This document shows positions 40,431 to 53,196 of a DNA stretch of 64,000 nt, in pieces. Within the stretch, counting starts at the first letter, position 1. Each line of letters begins with the position of its first letter. The stretch is taken from positions 4,216,001-4,280,000 of the forward strand of contig JBHGNT010000007.1 in assembly GCA_043228905.1 (NCBI GenBank), given 5' to 3'. The translations under genes and the position numbers were made by a program. The notes below the pieces were generated by a model. It had not been told where the DNA came from and made no database searches. It saw only the letters and a program-made list of their open reading frames with translations. This stretch comes from Azolla caroliniana (taxonomy: Eukaryota; Plantae; Polypodiophyta).

Positions 40431-41528
40431 CGAACATTAATTCAGATTTCAAAAATTTTAAAATAAAAGATTGTAAATTAGTTTTTTGAGAATAAATAAA
40501 TAATGTTTAAAAAATAAAACAGTTTTTAAAATTTAATTTTTTTTTTTTGTTTTTTAATTTTAGAATAAAAATTTAAAAATATAAAAAATGCAAAAGTTAA
40601 AAGAGTTCCAAAAATAAATAAATAAAACAACAGACTAAAAAAGAAAAGAAAAGAAACACAGCGGAAAAATAAGGAAAACCGTCGCTTTCATGCATTTCTT
40701 TTCGTGTTATTTATTTATTTATTTATTTGGAAAAAGAGGAAAAAAGAGAATCAGAAAAAAAAAAATGGTATTGCCATGCATTCTGCAGCTTTTTGCGTTC
40801 CTTGCTTTTCTGCTTTTCTGGCGATGGCTTCTTCGAGGTCCTGCAGGGCGGCAGCTCTTCATCGACTCTTCTTCTTCTTCTTCTTCTTCTTCTTCTCCTT
40901 CTTCACGAGCTCCTCATCACGGCAAGTCCTCCTTCTCTTTCCATGAACGAATCAGTATAAACATTCTGAGATTTTCTGCTTTTTCATGGCTATGGCCACC
41001 ATGGACTCATATCTCCTCAATGCCTTCTTCGCACAGTCGCTTTTCCCTGCGAAACCCTAATTCCTTTCCCCTTAACACGCTAGATGAAAAACCCTAGCAT
41101 ATCATCACATTGGCCATGCCTTGAATCCCTTCCAAAACCTTCTTCTGAAAACCCGCCCCTACATCTCCAACCAGTCGATCTCCCTGGAAAACCTAAGTTT
41201 TCGTACTGTAGATCCGTCTGGATAACCCTCGACCATTCCACATTAGGTCGACCTGAAATCCTCGATCTTTTCACGTTAGCTCGATTTGAAACCCTAACTC
41301 TTTACGCAGTTGATATCCATGAAACCCTAATTATTTACAGAATAGTTGTTGATCTGTATCCTAACAATACATTATACAGCCTAAACAGCCCCTACAAAAA
41401 TAGCTTCGCGGTTTTCAAAACGCCCGAAATCTTAAAAATAGCGCCTCTGTAAAAAAAAAACCCTAACAATCGGAAAGTACAATAACCACAAAACCCTAAA
41501 AACTAGCATAAATCCAACAAGTGCAAAT

Positions 41529-42770
41529 ATGCCTGCAGGTCCCAGAAAGCGTATTAAAGCAAAAGAAACGAAAAGACAGATGATGAATTCAAAGGTTGGA
41601 ATTGGTGACGACGATGATGGTGAGATTCCATCGCCAAAAGGAGTGTGTTTCCAGCTAGAAAGAGAGATTCCAGGTAATCTCACCATTCCTCTCCCATTCT
41701 CTTTACGTTCTTCTTTTTCTTTGCTTTGATCTGTTTTATCGTCTCTAAATTAGGTCACTGCCTTCATCAACTCTCCATGAAAAAGATTTCTTAAACTAAG
41801 CTTGAAGAATTAATTAAGGCTTTGGAATCTCCACCTAAAAAAGTCTGTCTTTTAAGGGAGCCCACCATAAACCTAGGCTAGGAACATAATTGTTTCTTTG
41901 ATGAAGAACTTCTTTGGCTTTTTCCTTCGCTTTGAATTTTTTTTTGTTTGATCCCTCCATCACGTGGAAAGTTTTTGACCTTAATTTGAAGAATTAGGGT
42001 TTCGAATTTTTGCTCCTGAACAGTTCATCTTTCCATAACCTTAAATTTAGGACGTAATACTTATTTCATGACGACATTTTTTACCTAATTGGGGAATTAG
42101 GGTCCAGGTTTGCACCATAAAGCGTCATAATCTTCATAAGAGCATCTAGATTAGGATCTTCAAGCTTCTTGGATAACCAACTGTTTTGTTTTATCTAATC
42201 CAAGATTTATTGTTCTGAAAGTTTCTGAACCTTCAACGGACCTCACTGTAACCCTAGATTGGGATTAGGATTTGTATAATCATAGGTTTGCGTTACGATT
42301 CATAATCCATCTGTGAGAAGAATTTTCTGAGCTAAAAATCCGTGACTTAAGGTTTGGAACTTAAGAGTGCCTAGCTAGTGTCTCTCTGCTGTGAGGACAG
42401 CCTGGAGTTATTCTGAGGATTAGGGTTTTCAATCTGTAAACAGAAAGGCCGTTAAACATCAAAGAGCTCATTATAACTCTAGGTTAGCATCATAATCCCT
42501 CAGTAATATAACAAGCGTTTTGATCTAAAATTCCACGAATTAGGGTTTTAGGAGTCCGCAACAATCAGTGCCGAAATCATGAATCAAGAACGTATTTCAG
42601 ATGAAGAAAACTGTAATCGTGAGCTCGATTAGGTTGAATTACAGCTCAAACCCTAGATCCATGATGAAGTACGTGATAGTGGGTCTCACAGAAAACGATG
42701 TCCAAAGTGATGTGAAATAGTAGCATATATTTTGTTTATTGGCACATTCATTGCCAGCTCTCTGAGAGAA

Positions 42771-42801
<31 letters not shown>

Positions 42802-45800
42802 ACCATATTCGTGCATATTATTTATGGTGGATCCATCAAAGACCTTTGATCGCCTAGCATAAAACTAACTTTCCTGATTCCCCTTTTCCTTTGTTAAATC
42901 TGATAGGTTTTATTTAATACCCTCCCTTTTTGCAGCAGAACAAGGAGAAGCCGAAGAAGGATCCATGGCCCATGATGAAGAAGAGCTCATCACTCAAGAA
43001 GATAACATCTCACTCAAAGAAGAAGCTACGGAACCTTTGATCGTTGCAGAAGTGGATCGGACTAACCTAAAAGGAGCAGAAGAAGAAGAAGAAGGAGAAA
43101 CTAACATCTCACTCAAAGGAGAAGCCATGGAGCCTTTGGAAGTTACTGACGCTGATCAAAATGGTGATCAGGATGAAGGAAAAAGTGCAAAGCAAGAAGA
43201 ATCATGTGAGTTAAGTGAACATGAAATCAACAGCTCTCGACAAATTGATGAGGCCAATCTTCCTCTTCAACAAACTGATATAATCCAAGATCAAACTAAC
43301 GAAGCATCTCAAGTTACAGACGTTAAGGCAACCCTAGTTGAAACTGATTCGGTTAGAAATTCTCCTGTTGAATCTACCGAGTGTAATCAAGACATTGAGC
43401 CTCCAGCTGAGTGTGAAGCCCCCTCACATGAATTGCAATCCGATCCTGTGATCGAATCAGAGATAGAGACAGAGATAGAGAAAGAGTCAGAGAAAGCCAT
43501 TGAAGAGGCGAATGTTCCTGCTGAACCAGGTCTAGAAGCTTGTGTTGAACAGGAAGACAGAGCGACCGAGGAAGAACTAGCAGTAGAAGCTTGTGTTGAA
43601 CCAGAAGTGGAAGCAGCACAAACAGAAGCAATCAAACTAGATCCAGAGATCGAGGTTTCTATTGAACCACAAACCCAAGAAACTTTGCTGAATCCAGAGG
43701 TCACGTTTTCTACTGAACAACAAACTGAAGTAGCAGTACCAGAACCAGAGATTGATGCTCCTGCTGAACTGCAACCTGAAGCAACCGAACCAGATCTAGA
43801 GCTAGTTGCTGAGGCCACTGTTGAACTACAACCAGAAGTGACTGTACCGAGACCAGAACTGGATCCAGAGTTTGAGGCTTCTACTGAATCACAACCAGAA
43901 GCGACCAAACCACAATCGGAACCAGAGTTTGAGACTTCTACTGGATCACAACCAGAAGCGGCCAAACCACAATCGGAACCAGAGTTTGAGACTTCTACTG
44001 GATCACAACCAGAAGCGGCCAAACCACAATCGGAACCAGAGTTTGAGACTTCTACTGGATCACAACCAGAAGCGGCCAATCCACAATCGGAACCAGAGTT
44101 TGAGACTTCTACTGGATCACAACCAGAAGCGGCCAAACCACAATCGGAACCAGAGTTTGAGACTTCTACTGGATCACAACCAGAAGCGACCAAACCACAA
44201 TCGGAACCAGAGTTTGAGACTTCTACTGAATCACAACCAGAAACGGCCAAACCACAACCGGAACCAGAGTTTGAGACGTCTACTGAATCACAACCAGAAA
44301 CGGCCAAACCACAACCGGAACCAGAGTTTGAGACGTCTACCGAATCACAACCAGAAGTGGACAAACCACAACCCGAACCAGAGTCTGAGACTTCTACTGA
44401 ATCACAACCAGAAGTGGCCAAACCACAACCTGAACCAGAAGCGGAGGTTGAGATTTATGTCAAATCACAACCAGAAGCCACCGAGCCAAAACAAGTGGTT
44501 GAACTACAACCAGAAGTGACTGAACCGAGACCAGAACTGGATCCAGAGTTTGAGACTTCTACTGAATCACAACCAGAAGCTTCCAAACCACAATCGGAAC
44601 CAAAGTTCGAGACTTCTACTGATTCACAACCAGAAGCGGTCAAACCACAACCGGAACCAGAGTTTGAGACTTCCCCTGAATCACAACCAGAAGTGGCCAA
44701 ACCACAACCGGAACCAGAGTTTGAGACTTCTCCTGGATCACAACCAGAAGCGGCCAAACCACAACCGGAACCAGAGTCTGAGACTTCTACTGAATCACAA
44801 CCAGAAGGGACCAAACCACAACCCGAACCAGAAGCTGAGGTTGAGTTTTCTACCGATCAACCACCAGAAGTGATTGATCTGGAATCAAGGCTGGAGGTTG
44901 AGATCACCGAGGAATTGCAACTAAAGGGTAATCAATCTGAACTTGCCGCTGATGAGATAAAACTAGAAGCAGTGCGTTTAGAGGCAGAAGAAGAGATATT
45001 GCTTGTTCCTGAAGCAGAAGTAGAAGCATTGGTTCCAGTTGCAGAAGCCGAAGAAGAAGCATTGTCTGTTCCTGAAGCAGAAGCAGATGTATTGGTTCCA
45101 GTTGCAGAAGCCGAAGAAGAAGCATTGTCTGTTCCTGAAGCAGAAGCAGATGTATTGGTTCCAGTTGCAGAAGCCGAAGAAGAAGCATTGTCTGTTCCTG
45201 AAGCAGAAGCAGATGTATTGGTTCCAGTTGCAGAAGCCGAAGAAGAAGCATTGTCTGTTCCTGAAGCAGAAGCAGATGTATTGGTTCCATCCGCAGAAGC
45301 AGAAGCAGACGCTACTCTTCGTGAATCTGAAGAAGCTCTAGTAGATGCAGACGCTAATAACATTAAATCCAAACTAATAGCTACAGGAACTGAAGGAGAA
45401 GTACAGCTTCGTGCCCATGAAGAAGTTGCTCCCCAGCAAGAACAAGAGCTAGAGAGTATTGCTGTTACCCCTGATATTCTTCAGGGAACGGCTTCTGAGG
45501 TGATGCATGAGATCCAACCGGAAATTGCAGCAATACTTGAGATTAAAACAGCAACTGAGGGTTTGGCCACCCTTGACTCCCAACCAGAGGCTGACCTAGA
45601 ACCAAAACCAGAGATTTTGGCCACTATCGAGACCCAATCAGAATCTGCTGAACCATTTGAGAGCAATCTGGAATCGGATATTCTTGCGTCTCCTGAAAGG
45701 CAACTGGATCCTGTAGTACCGGTTGAAATCAAACTGGAATCTAAGGGTTTGGCCTCCCCTGAAAGGAAACTAGAGCCTGTATCACTATTAAATATCGAAC

Positions 45801-48349
45801 TGGAACCTGAGGTGTTGGCCATTTCTGAAATACAACCAGCGGCTGTAGCCCCAGTTGATCTTGAAACAGAGTCACTTGAAGATTTCCCTAATCAGGAGGC
45901 ACCTGTTTATAGTGACCCACAAGTGGGAGTCAAACCAAATGAAGCAGCGACAATTGCTCCAGTCGGTATTGAACCAAAGCTGGAAAAAGAAGATTCTGTT
46001 GGAGGTGAACTGGAACTAGAAATGAAGAATCCTACTGAGACAGAGACAGTTGCTTCAGTTGGTGTTAATACCAAAAACATTGAGATAGAAGATGTGACTA
46101 AAGTTGTCCCAGAATCAGAAGTGGAGAATCCTACTGATGCAGAGACAATTGCTTCAGTAGGTGTTAATACCAAAAACATTGAGATAGAAGATGTGACTGA
46201 AGTTGTCCCAGAATCAGAAGTGGAGAATCCTAGTGATGCAGAGATAATCGCTTCAATTGATGTTCAACCAAATACAGAGATAGGAAATGGGGCTAGAGAT
46301 GAAGTGCAACTGGAAGCGGAGAAGTTTACTGGGGCAGAGACAGTTGCTTTGGTTGATCTTCAACCAAATCTGGAGATAAGAAGTGAACTGAAACCAGAAG
46401 TGGACAGTAGTGCTGAGGTTGAGGAAGAGGAAGTTCCCTCTGAATCAATATCAAACTCAGAGGTGACTGTAAAAACCAAGGCTGTAACAAATATTGAGAC
46501 TGAACTCAAGGGAGCTGGAATTGAAATGATTGAGCCTTGTGATAAAGACGATAAACAGCTGGTTGCAAGCGACAATGGTCTAAAACAGCTGAGTGAAGAG
46601 AAACCCAAGGTAAATCTACAAGAATCAGAACTCAACTGTTTCGATCAGCTAAGTGAAGATGAGCCCAAGTTAAATGAAAAATCAGAGCCAGCGGAAACTA
46701 GAGATATACCTGAACTGAATTTGATTGAGAAGGCAACTTTAGTGGAAGTGGACAATGTAGAATCAGGCTCTGAGGTTGTAGGAAACGCAAATACTGATTT
46801 TGATGTGGGTGGTCTGGAAAGCAAGGTTTTTACGTCAGATGAAATGAGTGGAACTTCAAAACCAGTGGAAAATATAAAACCAACATCATATGCAGAGGAA
46901 GTAAGAATTCCCAATGGCATTGATCTAGATGGAGAGGTCACTAAAGGTATGCGTGAGGCAAGTGAAATAGAAGAAGAAGAAATCATAACTTATGAAAGTA
47001 CTGATGAGAAGTCTGTAGAAAATCAAGGTATTTCATCACCAGATGCTGCTAATGATTGTGAAAAACTTGAAAATGCTGCTGAAACAGTGTTGGAGAATGG
47101 AGATAACACAGGTGAGAAATATATTGAAAGACTCGAGAATGGGCAGAAAAGCAACGAGTTCAAGAATGCTTGTGAAATAGATAGAGAACTTGAGACTAAG
47201 CAAGACGTTTTAGTTAGAGAACTTGAGGATAGCCAGTGCCATTTACCAACTACTGAAATTGAGGAGGAAGGAAAGGTGGAAGTGAAGGATACAAGTCTCT
47301 ATATTGGTGAACGGAAGCAGGCAATAATTTTTCCTAAAGAATCTATTGAGACATGGACTGAGAAAAGGGAACAGATGGATGAGATAGCTCCTCCCATTAA
47401 TGAAACCTTGCCAATTAGCAGCCTTGCTCGAGAAAATGACTTCCCTACAGAGAGTGAAGGAGAGATGGCCAAGGAGAATGCTTCAGCTAATGGTACTGCT
47501 GAAGTCTCTATTGGGTCCTCTGATAATCATACTGTCAACAAAGATCCAAACCAGAGAACCCAAATCTTAGAAGTGTCTCATAGCCAGACTAGCCAAGCAA
47601 CAAGCCTACCTGTTGTGATTCCTAATGAAAAGAAGGTATGGATTCAAACCCCATAAATGTTTATATGTTTAGATGTGCATATATTAAATGCATGCTTATA
47701 TACTCGAGCCCATTCAGATTTTCATATATTTAAGCATTTAGATGTTTTTATCTTCTGTTCCATTTAGATATCTCTATACCTGGTTTTTTAGATGTTTATA
47801 TATACTTGGCCATGATGTTTATATAGCTGTTTATATACTTAGTGTTTATATGCTAAGTGTAGTTAGATGGTTATATGCTTAGTCGTTTTAGATGTATCGG
47901 GATTATATATTTAACCACTTAGATATTTATACGCTTAATGTATGCTATTGTTTAGGTCATGTAGATATTTCTATGGTTAGGTCATTTTAGATATTTATTT
48001 AGATGGTCTATATGCATGTGCACATACTTGGTACGTGCCTTACTCGTTAAATATTTGTGTACTTGCTTAAGGTGTTTGTGTCTTAGTACATTTAGATGCT
48101 TATATTTCATTGGTTGATATCAGAACTTGGTTCAATTACATATGCATAGGGCCATTTTAGATGTTTCCACTTTTTTAGATTTTTGTGTTTACATTTTATT
48201 CAAATTTTTGTTAGCAGAGAGCCTTGGAGTATTTAAATGATGACAAGAAAGTGGGGAGCTCAGGTTTTGAGGGGGGGTCAATCACTCACAGATCAAGATG
48301 GTTGGGATGCTGTGGTATGCTCGATTTGCTGTTCAGCAAAGATAAGTAA
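41529..48349 (+). CDS. ~1,660-aa acidic, repeat-rich, probably disordered protein; exons 41529-41673, 42936-47635, 48218-48349
   Basis: Phase-compatible GT-AG splicing. The N-terminus MPAGPRKRIKAKETKR and C-terminus RSRWLGCCGMLDLLFSKDK* resemble the plant MPSGAKKRK..SWxSCCGL family of uncharacterised proteins. The middle exon is 4.7 kb and open. Confidence 0.8.
43860..44860 (+). repeat. 57-bp (19-aa) coding tandem repeat SQPEAAKPQSEPEFETSTG, ~15 copies in two blocks
   Basis: Seen directly in the DNA and the translation. Confidence 0.95.
44980..45310 (+). repeat. 63-bp (21-aa) coding tandem repeat EAEEEALSVPEAEADVLVPVA, ~5 copies
   Basis: Seen directly. Confidence 0.95.
46025..46255 (+). repeat. 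114-bp (38-aa) coding duplication
   Basis: NPT.ET.ASVGVNTKNIEIEDVT.VVPESEVE occurs twice. Confidence 0.9.
47660..48180. repeat. Degenerate intronic minisatellite (TTTAGATGTTTATAT core)
   Basis: TTAGAT motifs recur at ~24-25 bp spacing. Confidence 0.6.
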
Positions 48350-51076
48350 CATTGATTCTTGTGGATCCGTTTCTATATATATATATATATATATATGTAT
48401 TTTTTCTTTCTTCTGTTGTTTCAATGGTGCTGTTGCAAGTTAGAAATATGACAGTATGAGAATGATTTTCTCTCATTGTTTCAAATTCTATTGACATAGT
48501 AAGATATGTCGCTATTATCAAGGGTTTTGTTTGATATATATACATATATAAATACACAGGTTTTCATGCTATCTAGAGTCATCAGTCATATTGGTTGTGG
48601 ACATATCCCGTATCTCTACTTTTGTAAAGCTCTTGTTTCATCCTTGGTTTTATTGAATTCAAAATTTTTTCCCCCCTCATTTTGTGGGTTAAATTGAGTG
48701 TTGGATTTCCATGGCTTGTTAACTCTGACTTGATTTGTGCAAGTTTTTACGTGGCAACTAAAATAAGCGTTTGCAATACAGATAACCTATCTATTAGTTG
48801 TTAAAAACAACATTATATGGGATGCGTTACTCTATGTAGATCGTGTTGTGGTCATCTATTTTCTTTAAAGTTGTGCTATGATAGTCAAGTTCCTATGCTA
48901 CATATAATGCTCATCGAAGTTGTTGCAAGCGTGGGGATATTTATGGTTAACAATCATCTATTTTCTTTAAAGTTGTGCTATGATAGTCAAGTTGTTGCAG
49001 AGTATGATAGTCAAGGTGTCTAGAAACAAATTAGTAGAAAATCAAACATCAGTACATTTGATCATGTTACAGGTACATGGCGTTTTGTATTTTGTTTCAA
49101 CTACGAACTTGAGAAACATTTTCAATTCCTTATTTTTTGTATTAGTAGCAAAGAAGAACTTTAAGGATCATAATTGATGGCAATACTCACAATGTCATTG
49201 TAGAATGCCACATTTTTTAATATTGTTACTAAACCTCAATAGTGTAAGCGTTGGAAATATGCAAAAGCTTGCACTTGTTAAGCCATTAATAATATTAATG
49301 ACTTCAATGGAAGAGCGTTTGTCCCCTAACAACTTAGACCACCAAAAGCCACCAAACACAATGCACTACGAACTTTTTATGATTTCCTTTAGCAAACATA
49401 TCCAAGGAAACTCAATTTCTCGGAGATTATTTGTAAAACATATTGCAGTCTATCTATCCACACAACTCTTCCACCATTCAACTATCATTGAGATCACATA
49501 ATCACAACAGAGCAAATTTTTAATATTCTTGAGTTATGTTACATTTCCTCTATCAACGAGCAGAGCAAAGCAACTGCAGTATCATCTTCTCTAGTTCACC
49601 ACTGTTCAAGGCAATGCCAAGCTATGTTTCTGTGTAATTATCAAATATGTAATCACACTCATCTCATTAATGTTTGACTCAATGCATGACAAATGTCCAA
49701 TTATCCCATCCAAGTTTGTTTTGATTTGGGAAGTTTTGGCTCTTAGCAAAAACTATCCAATGTATGTTGATTCACTTGTAGCAGGAATGACAAAATATGT
49801 TACATCCAAATTTGTGTATTCTTGATCTAGGAGGAAGAATCAAGGGCTTGTGGCTCTTGGCAACAATTACGCAATGCATGTTGTTCATTTGTTATGCCCC
49901 ACTCCAAGGGATCCTCTGGTTGCGACACAAAGAAAAGCACACACAAAGTGTATCTCATATACCTTGGAGCTTGTAGGCAACTATTATTCATGGTCACCTG
50001 CAGCCATGGGCTTGTTGGTGGATGAGCTTTCAATGTTTACATCATGGTGAGGAACGATTCAACCTCAAGCATTTAATCTGTCTCAGGGAGTATATATGAA
50101 ATGCTCAAGAGTAGGATGAATAACTACAATTTTGACATACATTGTCTTCTATGGAAAGTTTTGCGAACATTTTACTGTGCATCGTATAAAAATTATGATG
50201 TTATCAGTGTTAAGAGAAGTTCATCGATTTATATGATCATACAAATCCTTGATAACGTCGACATAATCCTTGTGAATGGTACCATCATGACAGAATCAAA
50301 ACACTCATAGTTGCTTAGTTACATAAATATACACAATCTTCATGACAACATTGACATGATTCTGAATATCCCTGCATCATAATTTGGCAAAACTTCCTCA
50401 TAAAATGAACGAGGATGGATATGAACTCTTCCCTATACAACCTCTTTTTGTGTCTCCCACAAACAACTCCCACATCCCAACAAGACATGCTGCTTAGAGA
50501 ACTTGAGTTTGTAAACCCAAAGACCTTCCAAGAACTTGACTTGATGAGAGAAATGCTCAGTCTTCCCTACAAAGACCTTCCAGACCTTGACTTGATTTTA
50601 TGGGACGGATACCAGGTCTACCATACAATATCTGCCAAGAACTCGACTTTGACATTGTGAGACCATATGATGGATGCAAACTCTTCACACCAAAACTTTT
50701 TAATACATTTCAGGAACTTGACTTGACTTCACTCTAAAACCTCCAGAGACTTTGCCTTGCCTTGAGTTTTTATGAGATAAATGTCAATGTTCCCCTACAG
50801 AACCTTCCATTGACTAGACTTGACTCTTTTTAATGAATAGTTGTTCTTCCGAAACAAAAACCTTTCGAGAATTTGACTTGACATGCCTTGCCTTTCTGAA
50901 AATGAATATCTACCTCTTCTGACAATTTTTTTTTCAAGAACTCAGATGTCACTCTGTGAGATGAAGGTTCCTTACAAAATCTTTAAAAAGACATTAGATT
51001 TGAGTTATTACGAAGAACATTCAAAGTCTTCTGCCTTTCCTTTCGAGAACTTGACTTGACCTTTGTAAGATGAATT

Positions 51077-52210
51077 TCAACGATCACCCAACAGACCTTT
51101 CAAGAACTTGACCGACTTTGTGAGTGGAGAATTTGCCGCCACAGCATTATAGAGAGCATTCTCGAGGTCTTCTGAGCTAGGCCTCTGTGCGAGTCTCGAC
51201 ACACACTTCATATTATCCCCTTCATTGACATAGATGAACCAAGACGAAGAAGAAGTGGATGAAGGTGAACCACCATTTTCCACATATTGCTTCACAACAG
51301 CTCCTTGTGTCTTGCTAAAGAAGCCTTGAATGACGAGGGGAAGATAGGAATAAATGACCTCAAATGATTCAATAAAAGCTGCAGGCTTTGATACATTTAT
51401 TGAACCTTTTTCTTTTTCTGAATACCAATCTGGATTGATGACCAGAACAGGCCTCAGGTCTGATATTTTTACAATATTTTCGGCAGCTGCAATGTTTGAA
51501 AAATTGGGAGAAAAGATAACTACAACCTGCGTCTCTTGGAGATCAATCATGCCTGAAGCAATGTTACAGTACTGAAATTTAGGGTTCTGGAAGGTTCTAG
51601 GATCATCGGATTCTCCGAGAGCAAGGTTAGGGTTTCTGGTCGAGTTCAGCATTTCAATGACATTTCCGTTGCAAAAGACTGTACACGAAGACAGAAGGTT
51701 TCCTGTTTTCCCTAGCGAGAGAGACGACATCAGGTCTAACAGTAGAGAAGCTTGCGCAGTGTCCGACTCTTCAAGAAGAGGCAGCTCGACTTGAAATCGA
51801 GATGGTTTCTGAAGCTTCCTTCTCCGAACAGGAGAAGGTCCATCGCTGCTTCTGAGAGACTTCTCGAGGACGAGGGAAATGGCGTTTCTTGCCTGAGAGA
51901 TGGCTTCTTCTCTGGTAGAAGGAGGACTCGGAGGCAGAGAGGTATTCTTCTGAGATTTCTGTTGTTTCTGCTGCTTGCAAAGAGGGGCAAGGTAGAAGCC
52001 ATAGCGATGGCGATAGCGATGGTGCGGAAGAGGTATAGGGTTGCAGAAGCTATGGTAGAGGTTTGGGGTGAAGGCGGAAGGAGAGGAGGAAGAAGGGATG
52101 TTGTTGGGAGGATGTAGGAGAGATGGGGCGACAAGAAATCTCTGCAGGAGAGTCGAAGAAGAAGAAAAAGAAGAAGAAGAAGAAGAAGAAAGAGAAGAAG
52201 AAATGGCCAT
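51077..52210 (-). CDS. DUF1995-domain protein, probably plastid-targeted, intronless, 377 aa
   Basis: Ser-rich transit-peptide-like N-terminus. The motifs PPSTREEAISQAR, RFQVELP, VINPDW, SFEVIYSY and RPSSEDLENALYN..NSPLTKSVKFLK match recalled plant DUF1995 proteins (At5g27560-like). Confidence 0.85.
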   Translation of the reverse strand: MAISSSLSSSSSSSFSSSSTLLQRFLVAPSLLHPPNNIPSSSSPSAFTPNLYHSFCNPIPLPHHRYRHRYGFYLAPLCKQQKQQKSQKNTSLPPSPPSTREEAISQARNAISLVLEKSLRSSDGPSPVRRRKLQKPSRFQVELPLLEESDTAQASLLLDLMSSLSLGKTGNLLSSCTVFCNGNVIEMLNSTRNPNLALGESDDPRTFQNPKFQYCNIASGMIDLQETQVVVIFSPNFSNIAAAENIVKISDLRPVLVINPDWYSEKEKGSINVSKPAAFIESFEVIYSYLPLVIQGFFSKTQGAVVKQYVENGGSPSSTSSSSWFIYVNEGDNMKCVSRLAQRPSSEDLENALYNAVAANSPLTKSVKFLKGLLGDR

Positions 52211-52368
52211 CTCTCTCTCTCTCTCCCAGTTTCTCAGCCTCTCAGTCTCACAGTCTCTGTCTCATTCGCCCAAGTAGCGCAGAAGAAGAAGAAGAAGAAG
52301 AAGAAGAAGAAGAAGATATGTGTAGTTCAATGAGTGCGAGTGAGAGGCTGAAGAAGATGAGATGAATC

Positions 52369-52528
52369 TTATGTATGTATGTATGTATTAATATGTATCT
52401 TATGTATGTATATGTATTGATATGTATCTTATGTATGTATGTATGTATGTATGTATGTATGTATGTATGTATGTATGTATTGATATGTATCTTACGTATG
52501 TATTGATATGTATCTTATGTATGTATGT
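52369..52528. repeat. (TATG)n compound microsatellite upstream of the DUF1995 gene
   Basis: Seen directly. Confidence 0.95.
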
Positions 52529-53089
52529 AATAGTTGGTGTGGTTGTTTTCTTACCCAAAAGATAACCCAAAAGATTGCAAGGAACTGGGGAGTAATACCT
52601 TGTTGATTCCAATATTCAAATATAGTCGGTAACACATCCGCGTATTTGAAAGCACATGTCTTCCCAACTATACAGAATATTCGAAGAAATTGAACTTGTT
52701 ACTTGTAAAAGGATCTGTCCACTGATAATCAATTGGGTCTCAATCTAATCTGAATACCAGTTTTTTAGCCAACACCCACAAATTCCAATGTGCCCTTATT
52801 TCCTCTATCATTGGATCAATATATCATTTACGGTCGGCATATTCGATGACCCTTATCTTGTGTTCAATAGCATAAAGGTAATCTATCACCATTTCCATCG
52901 ATTGAGACAATTGTTTTGTTTCATCCACTCAAAAAACTGGTAGGTCTTATCATATGAGTACCCCATAACAACCAAGAGTACTTCCAATCTTGAAAAAACC
53001 CCAACCCATCAATGGTTAGAGTTATTGGGTGGTATGGGTACCCATAACTTCCTGAATTTGTTGATTGAAAAAGAATAGGTGCACGAAAG

Positions 53090-53161
53090 TGTAACAGACA
53101 CAACCGGGTAACACAGACCAGCACAAGGAGGTTTAATGGAAAGCTTAAACGACACAGAATA

Positions 53162-53196
<35 letters not shown>

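Noticed and set aside
43860-44860. Regular repeat array as a CRISPR-like locus
   Set aside because: There are no unique spacers; it is an in-frame 57-bp coding tandem repeat in a eukaryotic gene.
43387-45372. Long antisense and alternate-frame ORFs (Ser/Gly/Cys- or Asn/His/Gln-rich)
   Set aside because: They are shadows of the stop-free tandem repeats.
6293-48349. PAT gene and the CC-tailed protein as an enzyme-substrate cluster
   Set aside because: They are more than 30 kb apart, separated by TEs, and proximity alone is not evidence in a plant genome.
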